64,000 nucleotides of DNA from Mustelus asterias (GCF_964213995.1 NW_027590255.1:496001-560000); one strand, 5' to 3'; shown: positions 1-11,305, numbered from the stretch's first letter. Notes: a model not told the origin generated them from the letters alone. Numbers and translations: made by a program.

Positions 1-1490
1 CAACATCCACTGCCCTACCCTGATCAATCATCTTTGTTACTTCCTCCAAAAACTCAATCAAGTTCGTGAGACACAACCTCCCTGCTTGCTATCCTTCTTA
101 AATAAAGGAACAACATTGGCTATTCTCCAATCCTCTGGGACCTCCCCTGTAAGAGTTTTAACAACACCAGGTTAAAGTCCAACAGGTTTATTTGGTAGCA
201 AATGCCATTTGCTACCAGATAAACCTGTTGGACTTTAACCTGGTGTTGTTAAAACTCTGACTGTGTTTACCTCAGTCCAACACCGGCATCTCCACATCAT
301 GACGTCCCCTGTTGCCAGTGAGGATACAAAGATTTCCCTCAAGTCCCCAGCAATTTCCTCCCTTGCCTCTCTCAGTATTTTGAGGGACTTGTCTACCTTA
401 ATGTTTCTCAAGAACCTCAATACCTCCTCCTTTTTGATATCAACATGGCTCAAACTATCTACACATCCTTTCCCAGACTCATCACCCACCAAGTCCTTAT
501 CTTTGGTGAATACTGATGCAAAGTACTCATTTAATATCTCACCCATTTGCACTGGTTCCACGCATAGATTCCCTCCCTTGTCCTTGAGTGGGCCCACCCT
601 CTCCCTGGCTACCCTCTTGCTCTTGACATATGTATAAAAAGCCTTGGGATTTTCCTTAATCCTGCTGGCCAATGCTTTTTCGTGACCCCTTTTAGCCCTC
701 CTTACTCCTTGCTTAAGTTTCTTTCTACTTTCCTAGTATTCTACACTTGCTTCGTGTGTTCCCGGCCTCCTAGCTTTGACAAATGCTTCCTTTTTCTCTT
801 TGACTAGGCTCACAATATCTCTCGTTATCCAAGGTTCCCAAAACTTGCCATACTTATCCTTCATCCTTACAGGAATGTGCTGGTCCTGAATCCCTACCAA
901 CTTACATTTGAAAGCCTCCCACATGCCAGATGTTGATTTGCCCTCAAACATCTTCCCCCAATCTACATTCTTCTGTTCCTGCCTAATATTGTTGTAATTA
1001 GTCTTCCCCCAATTTAGCACCTTAACTTGAGGACTACACTTATCTTTATCCACCAGTACCTTAAAGCTTACTGGATTGTGGTCACTGTTCCCGAACTGCT
1101 CCCCGACTGAAACATCGACCACCTGGCTTGGCTCATTCCTCAATACCAGGTCCAGTATGGCCCCTTCCCTAGTTGGACTATCGACATATTGTTTCAAGAA
1201 GCCCTCCTGGATGCTCCTCACAAACTGCCCCATCCACGCCCCTAGCATTAAGTGAGTCCCAATCAATATAGGGGAAGTTAAAATCTCCCACCACAACAAC
1301 CCTGTTACTTTTATACCTTGCCAAAATCTGCCGACATATCTGTTCCTCTATCTCCCGCTGGCGTTGGGTGGCCAACAGTAAACCCCCAACATTATGACTA
1401 CACCTTTCCTATTCCTGAGCTCTACCCATATTGCCTCGCTGTATGAGCCCTCTGAGGTGACCTCCCGGAGTACAGCTGCGATATTCTCCT
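1..1490 (-). mobile_element. Degenerate CR1-type LINE ORF2 fragment (endonuclease to start of RT) with frameshifts and internal deletions
   Basis: Minus-strand ORFs 235..672, 733..1299, 1178..1375 and 1348..1530 give CR1 ORF2 motifs (VGDFNFP, PTREGAILDL, GNSDHN, KENPKAFY); interrupted by a PLE mini-insert at 151-300. Confidence 0.9.
151..300. mobile_element. Fold-back mini-insertion made of Penelope-like element termini
   Basis: Inverted arms (aacaacaccaggttaaagtccaacaggtttatttggtagc and its reverse complement) plus a tail ending catctccacatcat; flanked by gacctcccctgt (139-150) and gacgtcccctgt (301-312); same terminus as the PLE at 55257. Confidence 0.8.
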
Positions 1491-1499
1491 CATACTCAC

Positions 1500-2626
1500 C
1501 TGATGAACAAAGAACAATACAGCACAGCAACAGGCCCTTCGGCCCTCCAAGCCTGCCCCGATCATGTGTTCCGAACTAGACCATCCATTTGTATCCCTCT
1601 ATTCCCAGTCTGTTCATATTTCTATGGTAAGAAGTTTAACAACACCAGGTTAAAGTCCAACAGGTTTATTTGGTAGCAAAATGTGTGGCTTTTGCTACCA
1701 AATAAACCTGTTGGACTTTAACCTGGTGTTGTTAAACTTCTTACTGTGTTTACCCCAGTCCAACGCCGGCATCTCCACATCATATTTCTATGAACAGACT
1801 GGAAATAGAGGGATACAAATGGATGGTCTAGTTAGGAACACATGATCGGGGCAGGCTTGGAGGGCCGAAGGGTCTGTTGCTGTGCTGTACTTTGTTCATC
1901 AGGTGAGTATGAGGAGAATATCCATGTTCATGTGGCTATCTAGATAAGTTTTAAATGATCCTAGCGTGTCTGCCTCAACCACCTTGCTTGGCAGTGCATT
2001 CCAGGCCCCCACCACCCTCTGTGTAAAATACGTCCCCCGCATATCTGTATTGAACCTTGCCCCCCTTGAAACTTGTGACCCCTTGTGTTTGTCATTTCTA
2101 ACCTGGGAAAAAGCTTCCAACTGTTCACCCTATCTATGCCCTTCATAATTTTATAAACCTCTATTAGGTCGCCCCTCAACCTCCGTCTTTCCAGGGAGAA
2201 CAACCCTAGTTTACTCAATCTCACCTCATATCTAATACCCTCCATACCAGGCAACGTCCTGGTAAACCTTTTCTGCACTCTCTACAAAGCCTCCACGTCC
2301 TTCTGGTAGTGTGGCGACCAGAACTGGACGCAGTATTCCAAATGTGGCCTAACCAACGTTCTATATAACTGCAACATCATATGCCAACTTTTATACTCTA
2401 TGCCCCGTCCAATAAAGGCAAGCATGCCATATGCCTTCTTCACCACCTTTTCCACCTGTGCTGCCACCTTTAAGGATCTGTGGACTTGCACACCCAGATC
2501 CCTCTGCTCCTGATGGGTCTGCCATTTATTGTATAGCTCCCCACTGCATTAGATCTACCAAAATGCATCACTTCTCATTTATCTGGATTAAATTCCATCT
2601 GCCATTTCTCCGTCCAATTTTCCAGC
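1500..2626 (-). mobile_element. 3' portion (RT C-terminus and 3' UTR) of a minus-strand CR1 LINE that continues at 5861-8545
   Basis: ORFs 1899..2120, 1961..2278 and 2282..2491 (LVRPHLEYCVQFWSP, ERRRLRGDLIEVYKI); ttttccagc at ~2626 joins ctatctatatcctgc at ~5861 across the nested plus-strand LINE. Confidence 0.85.
1627..1780. mobile_element. Fold-back mini-insertion made of Penelope-like element termini
   Basis: Near-perfect inverted arms gtaagaagtttaacaacacc...gtagcaaaa / ttttgctacc...aaacttcttac plus tail; 12-bp direct repeat catatttctatg at 1615-1626 and 1781-1792. Confidence 0.85.
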
Positions 2627-5600
2627 AGGACCCCGAGGGTGGTAGTCTCAGGATTGCTGCCTGAGGAACATGCCAGTGAGGGCAGGAGTGGGATGCTTGG
2701 GCGGATGAACACGTGGCTCAGGAACTGGTGCAGGGGGCAGGGTTTCCAGTTCTTGGATCATTGGGACCTCTTCTGGGGCAGGTGGGACCTGTACAAGAGA
2801 GACGGGTTACACCTAAACTACAAGGGGACCAATATACTTGCAGGGAGATTTGCTAGTGTTATTGGGGAGCGTTTAAACTAGATTTGCAGGGGGGTGGGAA
2901 CCAGAGTGCCAGAGCAGATAGTGGAGCAGGGGTAAAAAGACAGGTTAGTTAAAGCAAAATCACAAATGGAAGGGTAGAGTGTGGTGGAAATAATTTTTTG
3001 AGGTGTGTCTATTTCAATGCCAGGAGTATTGTAGGGAAGGCAGATGAGCTGAAGGCGTGGATAGACACGTGGAAATATGACATTATAGCCATTAGTGAAA
3101 CTTGGCTACAGGAGGGGCAGGACTGGCAGCTCAATGTTCCAGGGTTCCAATGTTTCAGGCGGGATAGAGGCAGAGGGATAAAAGGTGGGGGGGTGGCATT
3201 GTTGGTCAGGGAAAATGTTACAGCGGTACTCAGGCAGGATAGATTAGGGAGCTTGTCTACAGAGGCCCTATGGGTGGAGCTGAGAAACAGGAAAGGTATG
3301 ACCACATTAATGGGCTTGTATTATAGACCACCCAATAGTCAGCGAGAATTGGAGGAGCAAATCAGCGGAGAGATAGCTGACAACTGCAAGAAACACAAAG
3401 TTGTGATAGTGGGGGATTTTAATTTTCCACATATAGATTGGGACTCGCATACTGTTAAAGGTTTAAACGGGGTAGAGTTTGTAAAATGTGTTCAGGAGAA
3501 TTTTCTACATCAGTATATAGAGGTGCCAACTAGAGAGGATGCGATATTGGATCTCCTATTGGGAAATGAGTTAGGGCAGGTGATGGATGTGAGTGTGAGG
3601 GAACACTTTGGATCCAGTGATCATAATGCCATTAGTTTCAACCTAATTGTGGATAAGGATAGATCTGGTCCTCGGGTTGAAGTTCTGAACTGGAAAAAGG
3701 CCAAATTTGATGAAATGAGAAGGGATCTGGGAAGTGTGGATTGGCACAGGCTGTTCTCTGGTAAGGATGTAAATGGAAAGTGGGAGGCCTTCAAAGGAGA
3801 AATTTTGAGAGTGCAGAGTTTGTATGTTCCTGTCAGGATGAAAGGCAAAGTAAATAGGAATAAGGAACCTTGGTTCTCGAGGGAGATTGTCACACTGATT
3901 AAGAGGAAGAGAGAGTTGTATGAAATGTACAGGCAGCAAGGAACACATCAGATGCTCGAGGAGTATAAAAAGTGCAAGAAGCTACTTAAGAGGGAAATCA
4001 GGAGGGCTAAAAGAAGACATGAGGTTGCTTTGGCAGACAGAGTGAAGGAAAATCCAAAGAGCTTCTATAGGTATGTTAGGAGCAAAAGGATAGTGAGGGA
4101 TAAAATTGGTCCTCTTGAAGACCAGAGTGGTAGACTGTGTATGGAACCAAAAGTGATGGGGGAGATACTAAATGGTTTTTTTGCATCCGTATTTACTGAG
4201 GAAACGGGCATGGAGTCTACGGAAATAGGGCAAACTGGTAGGGAGGCCATGGAACCTTTACAGATTAGAGGAGAGGAGGTGCTCGCTGTCTTGAGGCAAA
4301 TCAGAGTGGATAAATCCCCAGGACCGGACAGGGTATTCCCACGGACCTTGAGGGAAGCTAGTGTTGAACTTGCAGGGGCCCTGGCAGACATATTTAAAAT
4401 GTCAGTATTCACCGGGGAGGTGCCGGATGATTGGAGGGTGGCTCATGTTGTTCCGTTGTTTAAAAAAGGTTCCAAAAGAAATCTGGGAAATTATCGGCCA
4501 GTAAGTTTGACGTCGGTGGTGGGCAAGTTATTGGAAGGTGTGATAAGGGATAGGATCGACAAATATTTGGATAGACAGGGACTTATTAGGGAGAGTCAAC
4601 ATGGCTTTGTGCGTGGTAAGTCATGTTTGACCAATCTATTAGAGTTTTTCGAGGAGGTTACCAGGAAAGTGGATGAAGGGAAGGCGGTGGATGTTGTCGA
4701 CCTGGATTTCAGCAAGGCCTTTGACAAGGTCCCTCATGGGAGGTTAGTTAGGAAGGTTCAGTTGCTAGGTATACATGGGGAGGTAGTAAATTGGATTAGA
4801 CACTGGCTCAATGGAAGAAGCCAGAGAGTGGTTGTGGAGGATTGCTTCTCCGAGTGGAGGCCTGTGACTAGTGGTGTGCCGCAGGGATCGGTGTTGGGTC
4901 CATTGTTGTTTGTCATCTATATCAATGATCTGGATGATAATGTGGTAAATTGGATCAGCAAGTTTGCTGATGATACAAAGATTGGAGGTGTAGTGGACAG
5001 TGAGGAAGGTTTTCAAAGCTTGCAGAGGGATTTGGACCAACTAGAAAAATGGGCTGAGAAATGGCAAATGGAATTTAACGCAGACAAGTGTGAGATATTG
5101 CACATTGGAAGGACAAACCAAAGTAGAACGGACAGGGTAAATGGTAGGACTCTGAAGAGTGCAGTTGAACAGAGGGATCTGGGAATACAGGTACAGAATT
5201 CCCTAAAAGTGACGTCACAGGTGGATAGGGTCGTAAAGAGTGCCTTTGGTACATTGGCCTTTATAAATCGGAGTATCGAGTATAAAAGTTGGAGTGTTAT
5301 GGTAAGGTTATATAAGGCATTGGTGAGGCCGAATTTGGAGTATTGTGTACAGTTTTGGTCTCCCAGTTACAGGAAGGATGTAAATAAGATTGAAAGAGTG
5401 CAGAGAAGGTTCACAAGGATGTTGCCGGGACTTGAGAAGCTGAGTTACAGAGAGAGATTGAATAGGTTGGGACTTTATTCCCTGGAGCGTAGAAGATTGA
5501 GGGGAGATTTGATAGAGGTGTATAAGATTTTGATGGGTATAGATAGAGTGAATGCAAGCAGGCTTTTTCCGCTGAGGCTGGGGGAGAAAAAAACCAGAGG

Positions 5601-5865
5601 GCATGGGTTAAGGGTGAAAGGAGAAAAGTTTAAAGGGAATATTAGGGGGGGCTTCTTCACGCAGAGAGTGGTGGGAGTGTGGAATGAGCTGCCGGATAAA
5701 GTGGTAAATGCATTTAAGAAAAACTTGGACGGGTTCATGGATGAGAGGGGTGTGGAGGGATATGGTCCAAGTGCAGGTCAGTGGGACTAGGCATAAAATG
5801 GTTCGGCACAGACAAGAAGGGCCAAAAGGCCTGTTTCTGAGCTGTAATTTTTCTATGGTTCTATC
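2624..5865 (+). mobile_element. 5'-truncated CR1-type LINE (end of ORF1, open ORF2, 3' UTR) nested in an older minus-strand CR1
   Basis: ORF1 esterase tail 2639..2881 (DGLHLN), ORF2 2998..5790, tail ttctatggttctat; host LINE is continuous on either side. Confidence 0.95.
2998..5790 (+). CDS. CR1 LINE ORF2: AP endonuclease plus reverse transcriptase (930 aa open frame; no ATG at the called start)
   Basis: YFNARSI, SETWL, VGDFN, SDHN (APE domain); [33 protein letters not shown] (RT domain). Confidence 0.9.
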   Translation: MRCVYFNARSIVGKADELKAWIDTWKYDIIAISETWLQEGQDWQLNVPGFQCFRRDRGRGIKGGGVALLVRENVTAVLRQDRLGSLSTEALWVELRNRKGMTTLMGLYYRPPNSQRELEEQISGEIADNCKKHKVVIVGDFNFPHIDWDSHTVKGLNGVEFVKCVQENFLHQYIEVPTREDAILDLLLGNELGQVMDVSVREHFGSSDHNAISFNLIVDKDRSGPRVEVLNWKKAKFDEMRRDLGSVDWHRLFSGKDVNGKWEAFKGEILRVQSLYVPVRMKGKVNRNKEPWFSREIVTLIKRKRELYEMYRQQGTHQMLEEYKKCKKLLKREIRRAKRRHEVALADRVKENPKSFYRYVRSKRIVRDKIGPLEDQSGRLCMEPKVMGEILNGFFASVFTEETGMESTEIGQTGREAMEPLQIRGEEVLAVLRQIRVDKSPGPDRVFPRTLREASVELAGALADIFKMSVFTGEVPDDWRVAHVVPLFKKGSKRNLGNYRPVSLTSVVGKLLEGVIRDRIDKYLDRQGLIRESQHGFVRGKSCLTNLLEFFEEVTRKVDEGKAVDVVDLDFSKAFDKVPHGRLVRKVQLLGIHGEVVNWIRHWLNGRSQRVVVEDCFSEWRPVTSGVPQGSVLGPLLFVIYINDLDDNVVNWISKFADDTKIGGVVDSEEGFQSLQRDLDQLEKWAEKWQMEFNADKCEILHIGRTNQSRTDRVNGRTLKSAVEQRDLGIQVQNSLKVTSQVDRVVKSAFGTLAFINRSIEYKSWSVMVRLYKALVRPNLEYCVQFWSPSYRKDVNKIERVQRRFTRMLPGLEKLSYRERLNRLGLYSLERRRLRGDLIEVYKILMGIDRVNASRLFPLRLGEKKTRGHGLRVKGEKFKGNIRGGFFTQRVVGVWNELPDKVVNAFKKNLDGFMDERGVEGYGPSAGQWD

Positions 5866-6854
5866 TATATCCTGCTGTATTCTCTGACAATGTTCATCAC
5901 TATCCGCAACTCCAGCAGTCTTTGTGTAGTCCGCAAACTTACTGATCAGACCAGCTACATCTTCCAAATCATTTATATATATCACAAACAGCAGAGGTCC
6001 CAGGACAGAGCCCTGCGCAACACCACTAGTCACAAACCTCCAATCAGAAAAAGACCCCTCCACTGCTACCCTCTGTCTTCTATGGCCAAGTCAGTTCTGT
6101 ACCCATCTCGCTAGTTCACCTTTGATCCCGTGAGATTTAATCTTTTGCACCAGTCTGCCATGAGGGACCTTGTCAAATGCTTTACTAAAATCCATGTAGA
6201 CGACATCCACGGCCCTTCCCTTGTCTATCATTTTTGTCACCTCCTCAAAAAACTCAACCAAATTTGTGAGGCATGACCTCCCTCATACAAAACCATGTTG
6301 TCTATCGCTAATGAGACTATTCAGTTCTAAATGTGTATAGATTCTACCTCTAAGAATCTTCTCCAACAATTTCCCTACCACGGATGTCAAGCTCACTGGC
6401 CTATAATTACCCCGGTTATCCTTGCGACCCTTCTTAAATAACAGGACCACATTTGCTATCCTCCAATCCTCTGGGACCTCACCTGTGTCCAATGAAGAAA
6501 CAAAGATTTCTGTTAGAGGCCCAACAATTTCATCTCTTGTCTCTCTCACTAATCTCGGAGAGATGCCATCTGGCCCTGGGGATTTGTCTACCTTTATGCT
6601 TCCTAAAACACCTCACACTTCCTCCCTTGTAATTGCGATTTGTTCTAACGGGTCTACAGATCCCTCTGAGACACTCCCAATCAACGTGTCCGTCTTCTTT
6701 GTGAATACTGATGCAAAGTATTCATTTAGGATCTCACCTACTTCCTTGGGTTCTAAGCATAATTCCCTTCCTTTGTTCTTGAGAGGTCCGACTCTTTCTC
6801 TGACAACCCTCTTGTTCCTAACATATGTATAAAATGCCTTGGGATTCTCCTTAA

Positions 6855-6977
6855 TGAAGGGGCAGCGCTCCGAACCTAGTGGCTTGTGCTACCAAATAAA
6901 CCTGTTTGACTTTAACCTGGTGTTGTGAGACTTCTTACTGTGTTTATCCCAGTCCAATGCCGGCATCTCCACATCAT
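6855..6977 (+). mobile_element. Single PLE terminus (partial hammerhead-like motif plus tail) at a deletion junction
   Basis: tgaaggggcagcgctccgaa...aataaacctgtttgactttaacctggtgttg...catctccacatcat flanked by attctccttaa (6844-6854, 6978-6988). Confidence 0.8.
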
Positions 6978-7438
6978 ATTCTCCTTAACCAGTAGTGCAA
7001 CTCCCCCACCCCTTTTACATCCCCCTCTATCCCGCCTGAAACATCTGTATCCTGGAATGTTAAGCTGCCAATCCTGTCCTTCCCTTAACCAAGTCTCTGT
7101 AATGGCAACAACATCGTATTTCCTCGTACTAATCCAAGCTCTAAGTTCATCTGCCTTACCTGTAACACTTCTCGCATTGAAACAGATGCACTTCAGTCCA
7201 CCAGACCCTCTTTGATTATAAACCCCACCCTGCCTGCTGTTTCTCTGGGTCTTACTGGCCCGACTCTCCGGTTCTCCTTCAGCTAATTCACCTTTGCTTT
7301 GGTTCCCACCCCCCTGCTAAACTAGTTTAAATCCTTCCATGTGACATTAGCAAACCTCCCGGCCAGAATATTTGTGCCCTCCCAGTTTAGATGCAACCCG
7401 TCCTTCTTGTACAGGTCCCATCTGCCCCGAAAGAGACT

Positions 7439-8233
7439 TCAATCATCCAGATATCTGAAACCCTCCCTCCTGCACCAGCTGTTTAGCCACATGTTGAGCT
7501 GCACTATCTTTCTATCCCTAGCCTCACTGGCATGTGGCACAGGGAGTAATCCTGAGATTACAACCCTTGAGATCCTGCTTTTTAACTTTCTACCTAACTC
7601 CCTAAACTGCTGCTGCAGGACCTCATCACTCCTCCTACCTATGTCGTTAGTACCAATATGTATCACGGCCTCTGGCTGTTCACCCTCTCCCTTCAGAATG
7701 CTTTCTGTCTGTTCAGTGACATCCTGGACCCTGGCACCAGGGAGGCAACATACCATCCTGGAGTCTCTTTCACGTCCACAGAAACGCCTATCTACACCCC
7801 TAACTATAGAATCCCCTATAGCTATTGTTCTAGTGCTCTTTGTCCCTCCCTGCTTAACAACAGCCATGGTGCCACTGCTTTGGCTGCTGCTGCTGTTATT
7901 CCGTGATAGCCCATCTCCCCCAACAGTATCCACAACGGTATACTTGTCAGCGAGGGGGATGACCACAGGGGATTCCTGCACTGACTGCCTGCCCCTTCTG
8001 GCGGTCACCCATCCATCTGCCTGCACCTTGGGTGTGACCACGTCTCTAAAGCTCCTATCTATGATGCTTTCCGCCTCCTTCCTGCTCCTAAGAGCATCCA
8101 ACTGCTGCTCCAACCTATCCATGCGGTCTGAAAGGAGCTGCAATTGGGTGCACTTCCTGCAGACATAGTTGTCCGAGATGCTGGAAGCCCCGGATCTCCC
8201 ACATCCCACAAGTGCAACACTTAACCCCACCAA
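7439..8233 (-). CDS. CR1 LINE ORF1 (Cys motif/leucine zipper plus SGNH esterase), prematurely stopped
   Basis: YVCRKC followed by heptad leucines, IAIGDSIVRG, CLPGA, HIGTND motifs typical of CR1 ORF1 esterase. Confidence 0.85.
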   Translation of the reverse strand: MVGLSVALVGCGRSGASSISDNYVCRKCTQLQLLSDRMDRLEQQLDALRSRKEAESIIDRSFRDVVTPKVQADGWVTARRGRQSVQESPVVIPLADKYTVVDTVGGDGLSRNNSSSSQSSGTMAVVKQGGTKSTRTIAIGDSIVRGVDRRFCGRERDSRMVCCLPGARVQDVTEQTESILKGEGEQPEAVIHIGTNDIGRRSDEVLQQQFRELGRKLKSRISRVVISGLLPVPHASEARDRKIVQLNMWLNSWCRREGFRYLDD

Positions 8234-8694
8234 CCGACATTTCGAGCACCAATTAAATTATTTGAGAAAATTTATAAAACTCTTACCTTCACTTTTACCT
8301 TCCCACGGTGGCCTTTTTTTTGATTCGAGGAGGGAGCGAGGGAAACACTAATGTAGTGTTTCGGGTTTACCGTTCCTTGACACCAGATCTTCAGCTTCCC
8401 ACTTCTTGGTAAATGTTGCTGGTCCGACTTCTCCCAGAATGCACCAGTGAAGTCCCTCAGCCGCCTCGACTGGATGCTCAAACTCCTGTTTATCACTGGA
8501 GGTGATCTTCCGCTTTCCACTTCTTGGTAAATGTTGCGGGTTCCCCAACCACGGAAAACATCCTTTTTGCATGTAGTCTGTCCAGCCCTGTTAGAATTTT
8601 ATATGTTTTAATCAGATCTCATCTGATCCTTTCCTTTCTGTTTTTCACACCAAAGTGTATAACTTCACATTTAACCACGTTGTGCTGCATCTGC

Positions 8695-10075
8695 CGGGTG
8701 GTGGTGGATGGAAAATTTTCGGATTGGAGGCAGGTTGCTAGCGGAGTGCCGCAGGGATCAGTGCTTGGTCCTCTGCTCTTTGTGATTTTTATTAATGACT
8801 TAGAGGAGGGGGCTGAAGGGTGGATCAGTGAATTTGCTGATGACACCAAGATTGGTGGAGTAGTGGATGAGGTGGAGGGCTGTTGTAGGCTGCAAAGAGA
8901 CATAGATAGGATGCAAAGCTGGGCTGAAAAATGGCAAATGGAGTTTAACCCTGATAAATGTGAGGTGATTCATTTTGGTAGGACTAATTTAAATGTGGAT
9001 TACAGGGTCAAAGGTAGGGTTCTGAAGACTGTGGAGGAACAGAGAGATCTTGGGGTTCATATCCACAGATCTCTAAAGGTTGCCACTCAAGTGGATAGAG
9101 CTGTGAAGAAGGCCTATAGTGTGTTAGCTTTTATTAACAGGGGGTTGGAGTTTAAGAGCCGTGGGGTTATGCTGCAACTGTACAGGACCTTGGTGAGACC
9201 ACATTTGGAATATTGTGTGCAGTTCTGGTCACCTCACTATAAGAAGGATGTGGAAGCGCTGGAAAGAGTGCAGAGGAGATTTACCAGGATGTTGCCTGGT
9301 TTGGAGGGTAGGTCTTATGATGAAAGGTTGAGGGAGCTCGGGCTGTTCTCTCTGGAGCGGAGGAGGCTGAGGGGAGACTTAATAGAGGTTTATAAAATGA
9401 TGAAGTGGATAGATAGAGTGAACGTTCAAAGACTGTTTCCTCGGGTGGATGGAACTATTACAAGGGGGCATAACTATAGGGTTCATGGTGGGAGATACAG
9501 GAAGGATATCCGAGGTAGGTTCTTTACGCAGAGAGTGGTTGGGGTGTGGAATGGACTGCTGCAGTGATAGTGGAGTCAGACACTTTAGGAACATTTAAGC
9601 GGTTATTGGATAGGCACATGGAGCACACCAGGATGATAGGGAGTGGGATAGCTTGATCTTGGGCGGCACGGTAGCACAGTAGTTAGCACTGCTGCTTCAC
9701 AGCTCCAGGGTCCCGGGTTCGATTCCCGGCTCGGGTCACTGTCTGTGTGGAGTTTGCACATTCTCCTCGTGTCTGCGTGGGTTTCCTCCGGGTGCTCCGG
9801 TTTCCTCCCACAGTCCAAAGATGTGCGGGTTAGGTTGATTGGCCAGGTTAAAAATTGCCCCTTAGAGTCCTGGGATGTGTAGGTTAGAGGGTTAGCGGGT
9901 AAATATGTGGGAGTAAGGCCTGGGTGGGATTGTGGTCGGTGCAGACTCGATGGGCCGAATGGCCTCCTTCTGCACTGTAGGGTTTCTATGATTTCTATCT
10001 TGGTTTCAGATAAAGCTCGGCACAACATCGTGGGCCGAAGGGCCTGTTCTGTGCTGTACTGTTCTATGTTCTATG
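8695..10075 (+). mobile_element. 5'-truncated CR1 LINE (RT C-terminal half and 3' UTR)
   Basis: ORF 8524..9567 from RVVVDGKFSDW onward; tail gttctatgttctat; interrupts an older minus-strand LINE relic. Confidence 0.9.
9661..9997 (+). mobile_element. tRNA-derived SINE of HE1/V-SINE type, inserted in a CR1 3' UTR
   Basis: A/B-box head (ggtagcacagtagtt...gggttcgattccc), central gggtttcctccgggtgctccggtttcctccc, tail ttctatgatttctat; atcttgg repeated at both flanks. Confidence 0.85.
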
Positions 10076-10709
10076 CCATGTGTTTGCGCACTCACTCAAG
10101 TTGTCCAAATCACCTTGAAGCCTCCTTGCATCCTCCTCACAACTCTCAATTCCACCCAGTTTTGTGTTGTCAGCAAACGTGGAAATGTTATGTTTGGTTC
10201 CCTCATCCAGGTCGTACGCGTGAATATGCGCTGAAAAATGGGATTAGAATAGATAGATGCTGATGGCCAGTACATTCACGAGCGGCTGAATGGCCTCTTT
10301 CTGTGCTGTAAAATTCGATGTTCTCTGACCTCTTAAAGAAGTCATTCATTTGAGAACTCCTGAGATAATGATTGGTTCGATAGAAATAAAGATCTCTTGT
10401 CTTTTCTCTGGTGTCTTACACTTTGCTCCTTGCTTCCTGACAGGAATCTGCAAACTGGGGGAATTGTGGATCCTGGTGACATCACCCTGTTAGGGATGAA
10501 GCTATTGTCACAGAGTCCTGTGTTGTCAATGTACCGACCCGTTACCATAGTTACCCAGTTTCACTGGATGTTGGCAGAATGTTTACCATCGGTTTGGTGG
10601 TCGACCTGCCAGCTGTTCATATGGAATACAGATGCTGTGAGTGAGCATTGTCCACCTCCCACTTACAGCAATGACAGTGACAACCTGCATCATTTCCTAT
10701 TGGGACTAG

Positions 10710-11305
10710 AGTCATAGTCATAGAGTGACAGAGATTTACAGCTGGAAACAGGCCCTTCGGCCCAACTCGTCCATGCTGCCCAGATTTTGCCATTAAACTA
10801 GTCCAGGTGCCTGTGTTTGCCCCATATCCCTCGATACCAATCTTACCCATGTAACTATCTAAATGCTTTTTAAAAGGCAAAATTGTAACCACCTCTACTA
10901 CTACCTCTGGCAGCTCGTTCCAGACACTCCCCACCGTCTGTGCAAAAATTGCCCCTCTGGACCCTTTCGTGTTTCTCCCCTCTCAACTTAAACCTATGCC
11001 CTCCACTTTTAAACTCCCCGATCTTTGAGAAAAGATATTGACTATCGAGCTGATCTATAGCCCTCATTATTTTATAGACCTCTATAAGATCACCCCTAAA
11101 CCTCCTACACTCCAGGGATAAAGTCCCAGCCTCTCCTTATAACTCAAACCATCAAGTCCCGGTAGCATCCGAGTAAATCTTTTTTGCACTCTTTCAAATT
11201 TAATAATATTCTTTCTATAATAGGGTGACCAGAACTGCACACGGTATTCCGAGTGTGGCCTTACCAATGTCTTGTGCAACTTCAACATGACGTACAAAAT
11301 CCTAT
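10710..11305 (-). mobile_element. CR1 LINE 3' fragment
   Basis: ORFs 10617..10934, 10870..11067 and 11082..11324 resemble the RT C-terminus (LVRPHSEYRVQFWSP). Confidence 0.85.

Larger units (their letters stand above)
5861..8545 (-). mobile_element. 5' portion of minus-strand CR1 LINE: 5' UTR, ORF1 and partly deleted ORF2
   Basis: ORF2 fragments 5608..6063 and 6283..6549; ORF1 7439..8233; ~35-bp direct repeat (cacttcttggtaaatgttgc) at ~8400 and ~8518. Confidence 0.85.

Noticed and set aside
9661-9735. tRNA gene at SINE heads (also 61031 and others)
   Set aside because: A/B boxes are present, but the sequence continues into a SINE body and tail and lacks a proper acceptor stem.
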